From the human T2T-CHM13v2.0 reference genome, Homo sapiens: a stretch of 64,000 bases of DNA. This document shows positions 1 through 13,035 of this stretch, piece by piece (position 1 is the first letter of the stretch; each line of letters opens with the position of its first letter). The translations under genes were made by a program, and so were the position numbers. Where the stretch lies: the NCBI RefSeq assembly GCF_009914755.1, contig NC_060934.1; one strand, given 5' to 3'. The notes below the pieces were generated by a model that was not told the DNA's origin, did not search any database, and worked only from the letters and a program-made list of their open reading frames with translations.

Positions 1-839
1 TTATCATTGTCTCACAGCCTTCCATGGCCTGGAATGGCCTCCTCCCGTAATTCACTGGCAAATCCCAATCATTTTCTTCAGCCTACATGCTACATTACGA
101 AATCTTCCCTAGTAGACATCCCTTATTACATCAAAAAGTATTTATTGAGTACTTGTTTTTGTGCAAGGTACGGTTTTAGATGTTGGGGCTATAGAGGACC
201 AAGATAGTAACGAGTTTGCATTCTAATGACTTAATAAACAGATTTAATAAATATTCCTACCACTATGAAACCTACTATGTACCAGGATTATACTAAATAA
301 CTTACATATGCTATTTTAATCCTTACAACAATTTTATGAGCCCTATAAGTGGCTGGGCTTATACTCAATCTCAAGTCTGACTTCACAGCCATTACTTTTA
401 AGCTATGCTCACTCTGCTCCCATTATTCCTTGTTCATTTCTATTACAACATTTGTCATGTTTTGAAATACTTTGCATATGGATTTCCCCATATGAACCAC
501 AGGAGATAAAAAAATTATTTTCAGGATGGTGTAGAACCAGTGCCATTCTAGATGTATATGAAAGAAGTTAATACATTATATACAATGGGTGCCTAAAGGC
601 ATTAGGGATTAATTGTCTCTTGAAATCCCAGGTTGAGAAGGGCTACTTTAGATGAAGGCCTCTTAAGAGCCTCTCAAGGGTAGAGACATCTGTCACTTAG
701 TGGGTGGCTGATAAATTTTTGTTGAACTTGTTATTTAAACCTTTGCAATTAATACATACTCAAAAGTATTATTTTGGGGTTGAAAAGTCAGCTGCTTCAG
801 TCTTGCTTCTAGAGATGGCTTTGCAGGTGGAGTTAAGCA

Positions 840-1210
840 CTTAGTATTTTCTTAAGAGAATTCCAGGGGTGTTGGATCCAAACTTTGAGAGGCCAAAGAA
901 TGCACAGACTCTGAAGCCGGATCACCCAGATTCAAATTCCAGCCTCTCTGTTTGTTATATAAATTGAAGCAAGTTATTATTTAACATATGCCAGATACTT
1001 TTATAAATACTTTACACTACTACCTGATTTAATCTTCAACACTTCTATTTAGTAGATACCTTTACTATTTCCTTACTAGCTCCATGCCTCAGTTTCCTCT
1101 TCTATTAATTGGCTGTAACAACAACAAATTGCCTTACAGAGTTACTGTTAGGATTAAATGAGTATAAAGTGCTAAGAATACTACCTGGCATAAAGAAAGT
1201 TAGCTATTAC
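840..1210. mobile_element. MIR fragments
   Basis: MIR core motifs 'gcctcagtttcctc', 'aggattaaatgag', 'gattcaaattccagcctc'; boundaries approximate. Confidence 0.6.
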
Positions 1211-1429
1211 TAACAGTAGAGACTGTGGCCAGGGCAAAAAATCAGCTTGATGTAACTTACCAAATTTTTCATTTTATGTTAATATTCATTTCAAGGGCAC
1301 AGATGGAATTCTTTGGAATGGGTACTAAATCTTAAGCACTTCCCAATCAAGCTGGCTCTGCATCTCCCTAAGGGGAAAACCCAGCAGCTGGTGCTGAAAT
1401 GAAAAACGTCGGAAAAAGTACCTTTAAAA

Positions 1430-2220
1430 TCTGGATACTTTTCTGCAACTCCTCTGCCATCTTCCAAGTCCACATTATCATTATCTTTTCCTGGGATCTC
1501 TTGCAACAGCCTCCTAACTGGTTCAACAGCATCCTCCCTGGCTGCCTCTAGTTTCTCCAGGAGATTAACCTTTTCAAAAGATAGATGCACATTGGATTGC
1601 ACCATGCCCATGCTTAAAACTGGTTATCCAGTAAGCATTTCGTAATACTCAAGTCAGTAACTTGGCTAAGGCTTACAGGGTCTGGCCTTGGCCCATGCCT
1701 ACAGATTCACTCCCCTGACTCCTCCCCATGGTCTCTACCCAGCCACATCAGCTTTCATTCATTGTTCAACAAATATTGATTTGCTTGTCTTGTGTTAGAG
1801 AGTCATTGAGGATACATTAGCGACCAAACAAAACACAGTTATTCTACTCACAGAACTTAGATTTTACAGGGTGGGGGAACAACAACAATTGCTAGTTGTA
1901 AAAAGTATAAAAATGAAATTGAACCTGCAAATAAAAAAAGAGTGCTCACTTGAGATACAGTAGCCAGGAAAGTCTTCTTTAAGAAGGTACTATTTTAGAC
2001 ATAACCTAAATGATGAAGGGAAGTGCCACGTGTTGAATGGAGAAGAGAGAATTCAGGTACAGGGAACAACCCATGCAAAGGTTCATACATGCTGGAAAGA
2101 AGTTGGTGTTTGAGGTATCCAGAGCAGATCAACTTACTGTACAGTTAGTGGGGAGTGAGGTCGGCTGACACTTGATTGTGCAGGACCTGGGAGGCCATGG
2201 TAAAGATCAGAATTCTATTC
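1430..2220. mobile_element. L2 LINE fragments (both orientations)
   Basis: 'gcaacagcctcctaactgg' and 'cattcattgttcaacaaatattg' resemble L2 ORF2/3' end motifs. Confidence 0.55.
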
Positions 2221-2234
2221 CTTTTCCCCCCTCC

Positions 2235-3030
2235 TCTTTTTATTTTATAAAATCTGTTATTTTAGAAAGTTGCAAGACTGGTACGATGTACACCATTATA
2301 CCCTTCAACTAGATTCACCAATTACTAATATTTTGCCACATTTGCTTTCTCTATTTTTTTGCCATATCTTTTGAAGGTAAGCCGCAAACACTGTGACACT
2401 TTGCTGCTAATTACTTTAGCAAGCGCCTTCCAAAAACAAAGGCATTCTTCCACTTAATCACAAATTAATTCTCACATGCAATCAATTTAAAACTGATTCA
2501 ATATCATCTAATATGTAGTTCATATTTAAATTTCCCCAGTTGTCCACAAATGTCTTTCGAAGTTTTTTTTTTTTTTAAAAACTATGAACCAGCCAAGATT
2601 CACAAATTTCATTTGGTTTCTTTTGACTCTCGACTAAAGTAATTTTCCACTTCGTTTTTTTCTTTTTCCTGTCATGACACTGACATTTTTGAAGAGCCTA
2701 GGCCTGTTGTCTTGTAGAATATTCTACATTGTTTTTTTCTGATTGTTTCCTCATGATTAATGTCAAACATTTCTAGCACAAATACTATCGGGTGATATTA
2801 GCGATGCTAAGTATCTTCACTTGGTTAAGGTATGTCTAATAAATCTCTTCAGTGTAAAATTCTATTTTCCCTTTATAATAAGAAATGATCTGTAGGGTGA
2901 TTCTTTGAGATACTAACATCCTCTTCCCTACAACCTTTCAGTTAATTGTTTGTTTTAGCATCTTGCATTCATTAGTTTTAGCATTCATAAGCTTACCTAT
3001 ATCAATTTTTAGACTGGCAGTTGCACAATG
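2235..3030 (-). mobile_element. Old L1MC-type 3' end fragment
   Basis: 'aaagttgcaag...tacccttcaactagattcaccaatt...ttttgccacatttgc' matches L1MC4/5-like 3'UTR as recalled; homologous copy at 21715-22400. Confidence 0.6.
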
Positions 3031-3355
3031 GGGATGCAGCGAGGGAAGTGACCCTCCGGATCCCGGGATGCCGAGCCTTTTTCTGCCCCGTAGGGACAGG
3101 ACTGGGAAGTGGCTAGCCCGCCATTCCTCGGCCCGTCCTTAGGGGAGTCGCAGGACTAAGTGCAGTGGCAGTGGCCTCACCTCGGGCCTTCGCCACATCT
3201 TTATTGCCTCAAGGACAGAATTGGAGATCGGTGTCCCAGTCAACAGCGTGGTACTTATGTCAGCCGCGAGAAAGCGCACTACTAAAGCCCGGATAGCAGA
3301 GCTGGGAGGCAAACCAGACCGTCAGCACCAGGGCGGCCCACGCCTGCTTCCGCCC

Positions 3356-3393
3356 ATTGGCTGCCCGCGTTTCAAGACCCGCCCCCATATTGG
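3356..3393 (-). promoter_or_regulatory. Two inverted CCAAT (NF-Y) boxes
   Basis: ATTGG at 3356-3360 and 3389-3393, 33 bp apart, the spacing typical of G2/M promoters. Confidence 0.75.
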
Positions 3394-3489
3394 AGAGCTT
3401 CTTCCGGTAGCCACTGGAAAGCCCGCAGCGCGAGCCGGCTACGCTCCCTGGCGGAGCTCTGGACGCCCCACCTACTCCCAGCGTTCAGT

Positions 3490-3577
3490 GCGGTGCCCTG
3501 GCCGCCATTGTTTGAATTTGAAAACGGTAACATCGCAGTGCTGCTCGCGGGTCTGGCTAGTCAGGCGAAGTTTGCAG
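3490..3577 (+). other. KIF20B: KIF20B exon 1 (non-coding 5'UTR; start approximate)
   Basis: Donor CAG|GTGAGG at 3577/3578 within the CpG island; TSS cannot be fixed from sequence. Confidence 0.75.
3501..3522 (+). promoter_or_regulatory. CDE-like + tandem CHR (DREAM/MMB-FOXM1 site)
   Basis: GCCGCC-ATTG-TTTGAA-TTTGAA; TTTGAA at 3511-3516 and 3517-3522 near the TSS of a mitotic gene. Confidence 0.8.
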
Positions 3578-3769
3578 GTGAGGAGGTGACCCGCGGGAAT
3601 GTGTGGGGAAGGAGGTGGGTGACTGCGCATGTATGGGGCCTAAGGTGGGGAAACGGCTTTGGCAATGTGGACATGTTCCGACAGGGCTCATACCCCAGTG
3701 GAGGTTACTGTCAGGAACTGGGTTGCGGAGCGATGCGAACACGGGGTACGCAGCGAGGAATGAGTCATA

Positions 3770-3985
3770 CTAATTCGGTTACGGTTTAAATCTCGCCTCC
3801 ACTGCTAATTAGCTGAGTGACGCAAGACAATTCATTTAATCTCTCTCTGTACCTTAGTTTTCTTATCAGTTAAAAGGCTGCAATGAAGTGTCTATTTCTT
3901 TCGGCTTTTGTGAAGATTAAATGGTAATGTGTAAAGTTATTAGTGCTGGCACACAGTAGGTACTAAATGTTTGCAGTTATTAATA
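3770..3985. mobile_element. MIR
   Basis: 'ctccactgctaattagctgagtgac...tctctgtaccttagttttcttatc...gattaaatg...gctggcacacagtagg'. Confidence 0.7.
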
Positions 3986-5199
3986 TTATTATTGTTGTTG
4001 CTTCTGTTGTTGTTGAGGAACAGGCCTGTTTTGCCACACCTAGTTTTCTGAAGCTCTGAGGTGAGCAGTTTGCTCGGCTGGTAGGTAACACGGCCTTTTT
4101 GCGGGGGGAGCCCTGTGGTAGCCTCTGTGCACTTATTTCCAGACTACTCCTACTGGTCCTTGGGGCTTGCCCTTCTAGGGTTTTGCAGTGCCAGGCTGAA
4201 GAGTTTGTGGCACAGTGACTGCTGTCATTCCCCAGTTTAGAAGGCTTTCTCCATCTCGATTCGCTCGCTGGTTCAGTGATGCATGTCTGGCACAGTTCTC
4301 TTATATTTCTTGCTAAACTACTAGTTTACAGAAGTTCACGCCTTATGGGTTAGGTAGTGTAACAGTGTATTTATCTTACATGTCCAAGACTCCAGATTTT
4401 AAATTGTAAAAATAACATAAAATACTCATCGATTAGTTGTGAAGACTTTTTTTGAGGCTTTGTGTTGTAGACCACATTCAGAAACCTCATTCAGCAACAG
4501 ATTCTGCTATTTTTCACCAAAGTCTCCAATTGTGGATTCTTATTGGAGAGAGGGTAAATATGCAGTTTTCCAGTCAGAGCAGCCTTTTGAAATGAAAAAT
4601 GAGGTCTTGGAGCCTGCTGTCACGAAAGATAATATTACAGACTAGGACCGACTTTTTTTTTTTTTTTTGGAATAGTATTTTCTTTATAACCATTATTTTA
4701 AGTCATTAGGTAGTCTTTATCCCTGCATAAGTCGCTGAATTTGTTATAGGGGATACAGAGTGGTATAAGGCAAGGTTCTTGCCATCAAGAAGTTTCCAGT
4801 TTAGTTGGGAAGGCCACGTATAAGTAGAAGTCATCTAAAATCGCAAGAAGTTACAGTAAGTCTGAACACTTTTAGAAATGCTAGGAAGTAGTTTGTTCAT
4901 TGAAAAATGAGCATATGAACAAATACTTTATTATAACTGCTTTTAGTACATAGGAATATTCTTTTTAATTCAGCAATTTAAAAGATTTATCAACACTTTT
5001 CTTTAAACCAAAAATTATTTGAAGCCACAGGTGTTTTTTAGTTTTCTGGGCATTTCCATGAACTCTGTGTTATGAAATGTCAAGCCGGTACTTTAACGTT
5101 TTGCAGATGCTCCCCCCTCTGCACCCCCTTACCCATGATCTAGATCAGTGCTTTCCTTAGTCTTTTTGCAATTTAGGGGAAAAAAGTCAACTATGTTCT

Positions 5200-6040
<841 letters not shown>

Positions 6041-6450
6041 AGCTATTATGCAAGGGCCATCTTTGGTTCATTTTATATAATACCTGTGGGTGATGGTCGT
6101 TACTACTTTCTTGAGCTAGGAACCTTAGTTTGGGAGTCACTGATCTGTATATTTTTTAATCTTGTCAAAAAACAGCACAGAGTCCTCCTCCTCTCTCTGG
6201 TATTGTACATCTAGTAGATTCTCAGTAAATATTAGAATGTTAGTATTTTTTAGTTAAGGTTATCCTTAAGTTTACCTTTTAGTTTAGTGATTTGATGTTT
6301 AATTCAATGGTAATAGTTTACTGATGCATTATTCCTATTTAACTTAAAACCTGTGATGTGTCAGGTACTGTTTTGAATGTGTTTACATATATTATTTTAC
6401 TTTTTACTTGAATTTGAAATTGAAAACAATTTTTCAGATAACTGAGTTTT

Positions 6451-6748
6451 GTTTTGTTTTTTTTTTTTGACGGAATCTCACTCTGTCACCCAGGCTTGAG
6501 TGCAGTGGCGCGATCGCGATTCACTGCAACCTCTGCCTCCCGGGTTCAAGCAATTTTCTGCTTCAGCCTCCCGAGTAGCTGGGATTACAGGTGCCTGGCA
6601 CCACGCCTGGCTAATTTTTTTTGTATTTTTAGTAGAGACGGGGTTTCACCATCTTGGCCAGGCTGGTCTTGAACTCCTGGCCTCGTGATCGACCCGCCTT
6701 GGCCTCCCAAAGTGCTGGGATTACAGGCGTGAGCCACCGCACCAGACC
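6451..6748 (-). mobile_element. AluS with 16-bp TSD
   Basis: Alu consensus; CAGATAACTGAGTTTT at 6435-6450 and 6749-6764. Confidence 0.95.
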
Positions 6749-7186
6749 CAGATAACTGAGTTTTAACTTTTAAATGCTAAAACAAAGTCTGTAAGTAACA
6801 TTCTACAGGAGTCACTAAGTAGATGACACAAGGTTATAATTTACCCTGTGATCTCCTTACTATTTGAGTTTTGAGAGGATTTCACGGAGAGAGTAAATAT
6901 TTTATACCATCTTTACAGATTACCTGTACTCACGAAACCTCTTTGAATGGATATTATATGAAAATAGTAGGCTGTGTTCAGTATTATTAGAATCAGAGTC
7001 TGTAAATATAATTTGATCTTTAGTCTTTCCTGTAGGGCATTGTGTTATAAATGAAGCAATGTAATGCGTTTCTTTTCTAAAATCTAGTTATTTGGAGGGA
7101 AGTAGTGGGCTAGACTTTTGAAAGTGTGGGTGGCTTACATGCTGACTTATTAAGGTTGTTAAAGAAGTTGCTGTTATTCTTGCAGA

Positions 7187-7333
7187 ATGGAATCTAATTT
7201 TAATCAAGAGGGAGTACCTCGACCATCTTATGTTTTTAGTGCTGACCCAATTGCAAGGCCTTCAGAAATAAATTTCGATGGCATTAAGCTTGATCTGTCT
7301 CATGAGTTTTCCTTAGTTGCTCCAAATACTGAG
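7187..7333 (+). CDS. KIF20B: KIF20B exon 2 (start codon; exon begins 7186)
   Basis: tgcag|A ATG; MESNFNQEGVPRPSYVFSADPIARPSEINFDGIKLDLSHEFSLVAPNTE; GAG|gtaagt; 147 nt. Confidence 0.96.
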
Positions 7334-7381
7334 GTAAGTACAAGAAAAGTATTGTGTTGATTATCATGCCTCCTTCTAATG

Positions 7382-7705
7382 CAAGGGTTGGCAAACAATG
7401 ACCTGTTTTTGTATTACCTGTTTTTGTACTTAGATACAAGCTAAGAATTGTTTTTATATTTTTAAATAGTGGAAGAAAAATCAAAATAGGAATAATGTCA
7501 CATAACATAAAAATTATATGAATTTCAAACATCACTGTCCATAAAGTTTTATTGCATCACAATCGTGCTTATTGGTTTATTTATTTACTACATCCGTTGT
7601 GGCACTATAATGGCAGAGTTGAGTAGTTGTGAGGAGACTATAGGGTCTCTAGAACCTAAAATATTAGCTGTCTAGCTCTTTACAGAGAAAATTTATTGAC
7701 TCCTG
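7382..7705. mobile_element. MER58B-like hAT-Charlie DNA transposon
   Basis: Ends 'caagggttggcaaac' ... 'ttgactcctg'; internal 'ggcagagttgagtagttgt'. Confidence 0.75.
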
Positions 7706-9339
7706 GATTGGCATGATGTTTTTGAGATTTGTCGTGTGTCATACATCAGTAGTTTTTCCCTTTTTATTGCTAAATAGTTGTCTGTTGTGCAGATATGCCA
7801 CATTTCCATTTGTCGTTTGATGGACATTTAGGTAGTTTACAGTTTGAGGTCATTATAAATAATGCTGCTTTGAACATTCATGTGCAAGCCTTTTTGTGAA
7901 CTTGTGTTTTCATTTTTCTTTGGTAAATACCTAGGAATACAAACTGTATAAGTTTAACTTTATAAGTAACTACTAAACTGTTTTTCAAAGTGGCTATCCC
8001 AGCAGTGGCAATGTATGTAGGTTCCAGTGCTTCTACCTCTTTGCTAACACTTGATAATGGAACTTTTTATTTCTAGTGGATGTGTAATGGTATCCTGTTG
8101 TGGTTTTAGTTTGCCCTTTCTAATGAGCACTCTTTCAAGTATTCTTGGCCATTTTTCTACTTTCTTTGTAAAGTGTCTCTTCAGATCTTTTTCCCATTTA
8201 AATTAGGTTGTTTCATTAGTGTTTTGTGAGAAATCTTTATGTATACAAATCCTTTATCAGATTAATAGTGTCTTGATGATCAGACATTTTAAAATTTAAA
8301 GACATTCAATTTAACATTTTCTTTTCTTTTTTGGTGAATTTTTTTGTGTGTGTGTTCTCTTTAAGAAACTTTCGCCTTCCCCAAAGTTTTTGTCTTACTT
8401 TTTCTAGAAATTTTAGTTTTCATTTGAGTAGTTATATCTGTGGTCCATTTTGAACAGTTTTTGTGTGCAGTTGATATAGGGACCCAGGTTAACTTTTTTC
8501 TTTTTCTTTTTAGCTTCCATACATTTTTTTTTTTTTAACTACATAAGTAGTTATTTCAGCATTATCTATTGAAAAGACTTTCCTTTCCCTGTTGTTTTGG
8601 TGCTTTACAAACGGCTGTGTATATGTGGATCTATTTCTGGATTTTATTCTCTTCCTTTGACCTATTTGTCCTTATTCCAACACAATACTCTCTATTTCTG
8701 TAGCTTTATAATGATTCTTGAAATTAGGTAGTGTGAATTCTCCAGTTTTGCTTTTCTAGGAAAATTTTGGCTTTTCTAGGTCCTTTGCATATTCATAAAT
8801 TTTAGAATCAGCTTGCCAGTTTCTACAAGACAGCATCTTGGGATTTTGACTGGGATTGCATTAAATCTGTGGATCAGTTTGGAGAGAATTGACATCTTGA
8901 CAATATTGAGTCTTAATCCATGAACACAGTATTCTTCATTTTATTTAGGTCTTTAATGTCTTAGCAGTATTTTATACTTGTCAATGTAGAGGCCTTTCGT
9001 GTCTTTTGTCAAATATATTTATAAACATTTTATGTTATTTGATGCTATTGTAAATATTTTTAGTTGCTTTATTTAGGCATAATGAAACACTGCATATATT
9101 TTAGATACGCAGTTTGATAAGTTTTGACATGTGCATACACTTATGTAACTGTCACTACAGTCAAGATAGTGAGTATAACCATTACCCTCAAAAGTTTCCT
9201 TGAGGCTCCTTGTAAGTGCTCCCTCCCATCACACCTCCAAGTAACCTCTGATTAGCATTTTGTTAGTATACATTAATTTTTTGTAGATTTGTTGGATTTT
9301 GTATGCGTATGTTCATGTTGTTTCTAAATAAAGAAAATT

Positions 9340-9552
9340 TTATTTCTTCCTTCCCAATTTGGATGACTTTTGTCTTTTCATTTCCTTTTTTTCTTTCCAT
9401 TTTTTTTTTCCTTTTCTTTCCCCTCCTCTCCCCTCCACTTCTTTCTTTCCCTTCTTCCCTTCCCTTTTACCTTTCTTTTTCCTTTCCTTTTCTCTTCCCT
9501 TTTTCTTTCCCTTACCCCTCCTTTTTTCTTCCCCCATCCCCTTTCCCCCTTC
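9340..9552 (+). repeat. CT-rich low-complexity tract
   Basis: ~200 nt nearly all C/T. Confidence 0.9.
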
Positions 9553-10106
9553 ACACCCAATTACACCAGCTAGAACCTTTAATACAATGTTACTAGAAGT
9601 GGGGAAGCAGAAATCCTCTTCTTATTACTCATTTTGCTGCTCATCTTAGATTGAGTCTTTCCTGTTAAGTTTGTTGTTAGCGATAGATTTTTTGTAAGTG
9701 CCCTTTATCAGGATGAGGAAGTTTGCATTCATTACACTTTGCTGAGAATTTTTATTACAGATGGACGTTGGATTTTGTCAAATGCTGTTTTCCCATCTGT
9801 AGAGATAAAAGTTTCTCTTCATTTATTCTTTTAATATGGTTAATTGCCTGGATTGATTTTTGAATGCTAAACAGACTTTATATTCCTAGAATAAACCATT
9901 CTTGGTCAGATGTATTATCCTGTTTTATATATTGGCTAGTATTTTGTGTGGGAAATTTTGCGTATATCTTAATGTGGTATTTTGTTTTCTAATTTTTTCC
10001 TGAGGATATCTTTGTCAATTGTGTTATTCGGCTTATGTCAAACTCAAAATTAGTTAAGGTATTTTCTCTTCCTATATTTTCTTAAAGAGTTTATGTACAA
10101 TTTGTA

Positions 10107-10402
<296 letters not shown>

Positions 10403-11057
10403 GATCATTTTCTTAAATGTTTGATAGAATTTACTGTTAAACTACTAGGGCCTGAATTTTTTTTTTTGTGGCATTATTTTGTTTGAAAATGGATTCAGTT
10501 TGCTTCATAGAAATTGGGTTATTCAGATTTTCTAGTTATGTCTGTTTTGATTAAGTTGCATTTATCAAGTTGTTTCCTTTTTACTTTTTTAAAAAAACAT
10601 TAAAACATTTCTTTAAAATTACATTTTCTATGCACATTTCTTCCTCAGAAAAAGTAACAAGGAGAATGGTACATAGTAAAAAAATTCTGAATACCTCATG
10701 GAATTGAGCATTTGAATAATAGAATATTCTAGTTACTTTTGATTTATTCTAGAGTTATATTTTCCAATGACTTAGGGCCTCATTAATTATATTAGGCTTT
10801 TGTGGAATAAAGGCTTTTTATAAACTTCACGTATAAATACAGGAGATGGAGGAAATTGGATCTTTTTTGGTGTATTTTGTTTTTATTTAAATAGATTTAT
10901 TGAGTTTTTCTAACATTATTAAAAGCAGGATAGTGACTGCTTAGAAATTCTTTATCATCTCAGATTATTATGTAAAAAGTAGCCATGTTAAGGAAAAATG
11001 GTCTCTGAAAAGCCGTATCTTTCAAAAACACAATGTTTTTCTCCTTTATTTTTTAAG

Positions 11058-11144
11058 GCAAACAGTTTCGAATCTAAAGATTATCTCCAGGTTTGTCTTC
11101 GAATAAGACCATTTACACAGTCAGAAAAAGAACTTGAGTCTGAG
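11058..11144 (+). CDS. KIF20B: KIF20B exon 3
   Basis: aag|GCA; ANSFESKDYLQVCLRIRPFTQSEKELESE (kinesin RxRP); GAG|gtttgt; 87 nt. Confidence 0.96.
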
Positions 11145-11235
11145 GTTTGTGTTGAATTTAATAGAATTTTAATATTTTACTTTCATTTAAAATGGCAAAA
11201 TACTAGTTTTTATTTATTGGGGGTATGTTTTCTAG

Positions 11236-11352
11236 GGCTGTGTGCATATTCTGGATTCACAGACTGTTGTGCTGAAAGAGCCTCAATGCATCCTTGGTCG
11301 GTTAAGTGAAAAAAGCTCAGGGCAGATGGCACAGAAATTCAGTTTTTCCAAG
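11236..11352 (+). CDS. KIF20B: KIF20B exon 4
   Basis: tag|GGC; GCVHILDSQTVVLKEPQ...QKFSFSK; AAG|gtaaaa; 117 nt; preceding intron only 91 nt. Confidence 0.95.
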
Positions 11353-11817
11353 GTAAAACTGAAGTGTTTTTGTTTTTTGTTTTAAAGATAAAGAGACTTG
11401 GCTTAGGCTAAATTGCTATATAATTGTATATAATGAACTATACATTTTATGCTTATGCAACTTAGATTTTAAGGATAAGACTCAAATCTCAGGTCTGGAA
11501 ATATATAATTGGATGTAAAGAGATCACTGTAGTGTTATTAAAGTTATTATTACTATATTTTTATTAAAGTTATTATTAATATATTTTTAAGAAATATTCT
11601 TTTCAAAACTTAGGTGAATACTTGATTCCCTGGTACAGATTTCTATCTTGAAAACTTTCTGGTAGTAAAACTATCAAATGTATTTGTGGGAGTGGGGATG
11701 TGGCACCTATTTTAAGAATGAATCTTTTAAATTTTTAAACAGTAGTGTTGGGATGGAACACACTATTAATATTAACTTGAATTTTCTAAAAAGAGTTTTT
11801 AAAAAATGTTTGCTTAG

Positions 11818-11956
11818 GTTTTTGGCCCAGCAACTACACAGAAGGAATTCTTTCAGGGTTGCATTATGCAACCAGTAAAAGACCTCTTGAAAGGACAGAG
11901 TCGTCTGATTTTTACTTACGGGCTAACCAATTCAGGAAAAACATATACATTTCAAG
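11818..11956 (+). CDS. KIF20B: KIF20B exon 5 (P-loop)
   Basis: VFGPATTQKEFF...FTYGLTNSGKTYTFQ; AAG|gtaaat; 139 nt. Confidence 0.97.
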
Positions 11957-12106
11957 GTAAATATTGTTTTATTTTGGTTGGAAAGGATAAGGAAGCAATA
12001 ATAATCACTCAGTGTTTTTATAATACATACATGTAGTTATGTTGCTATTACCTAGTATGCGTTTGCTCTATTTTTAATAGTACTAGCATATTATTACGTA
12101 TTGCTG

Positions 12107-12418
12107 TTTTTTTTTTTTTTGGCGGGGGAGGGACAGAGTCTCACTCTGTTGCCCAGGCTGGAGTGCAGTGGTGTGATCTCAGCTCACTACAACCTCTGCC
12201 TCCTGGGTTCAGATGACTCTCCTGCCTGAGCTGCTCAGCTTCCCAAGTAGCTGGGACTACAGGCGTGCGCCACCATGCCAAGCTAGTTTTTATATTTTTG
12301 TAGAAATGGGGGTTCACCATTTTGGCCAGGCTAGTCTCGAACTCCTGACCTCAGGTGATATGCCCACCTTGGCCTTCCAAAGTGCTTGGATTACAGGCAA
12401 GAGCCACCATGCCTGGCC
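12107..12418 (-). mobile_element. Alu
   Basis: Alu consensus. Confidence 0.93.
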
Positions 12419-12850
12419 TTGCTATTGGCTTTTAATTCAAATTTATTTAATTCATTTGTAAAAATACTTTACCCATTGATAGAGATTTAGATGATGATTA
12501 AAATCCAGAAAAAGTATTGATGTGATACAGAGAATTAAGCATAAATGACCAGAAGAAATTTTATATTTCATTTTACTTTTATAGTTTGTGATTATGGGTG
12601 GTTACAAATCTTAATATGGTTGCATTATCTGAATGTAAAGTTTCATGTTTACATCAGAATAATAGTCAATAAAATGTTGGTAATACTGTGAATAACAAAG
12701 TGATGGAAAACTGAGTAATCCTTAGCTATCATTTCCGTTTCAGTTGTTGACTCTTGCCTATTGGTAGTATAAAAGGAGCTTTAATAAACAAGTAAAGTTT
12801 CCTCTTTCCTAGTAGACTGAGAGAGTATAACACAAAAATTCCTTTTGCAG

Positions 12851-13035
12851 GGACAGAAGAAAATATTGGCATTCTGCCTCGAACTTTGAATGTATTATTT
12901 GATAGTCTTCAAGAAAGACTGTATACAAAGATGAACCTTAAACCACATAGATCCAGAGAATACTTAAGGTTATCATCAGAACAAGAGAAAGAAGAAATTG
13001 CTAGCAAAAGTGCATTGCTTCGGCAAATTAAAGAG
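12851..13035 (+). CDS. KIF20B: KIF20B exon 6
   Basis: GTEENIGILPRTLNVLFDSLQ...LLRQIKE; GAG|gtatgg; 185 nt. Confidence 0.96.

Larger units (their letters stand above)
3030..3830 (+). promoter_or_regulatory. KIF20B: CpG-island promoter of KIF20B
   Basis: Only CpG-dense non-Alu stretch in the window; GC boxes (CCGCCC ~3350, ~3379), ETS-like CTTCCGG 3401-3407; spans exon 1. Confidence 0.9.

Noticed and set aside
1291-1611. 106-aa minus-strand ORF with protein-like composition
   Set aside because: Antisense to an L2-like fragment; no recognisable domain or splice context
3221-3789. Overlapping ORFs in the promoter
   Set aside because: Expected stop-poor frames in a GC-rich CpG island; mostly non-ATG starts
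9303-9649. F/P/S-rich and K/R/E/G-rich ORFs
   Set aside because: Translations of a CT-rich low-complexity tract; same for 57220-57762
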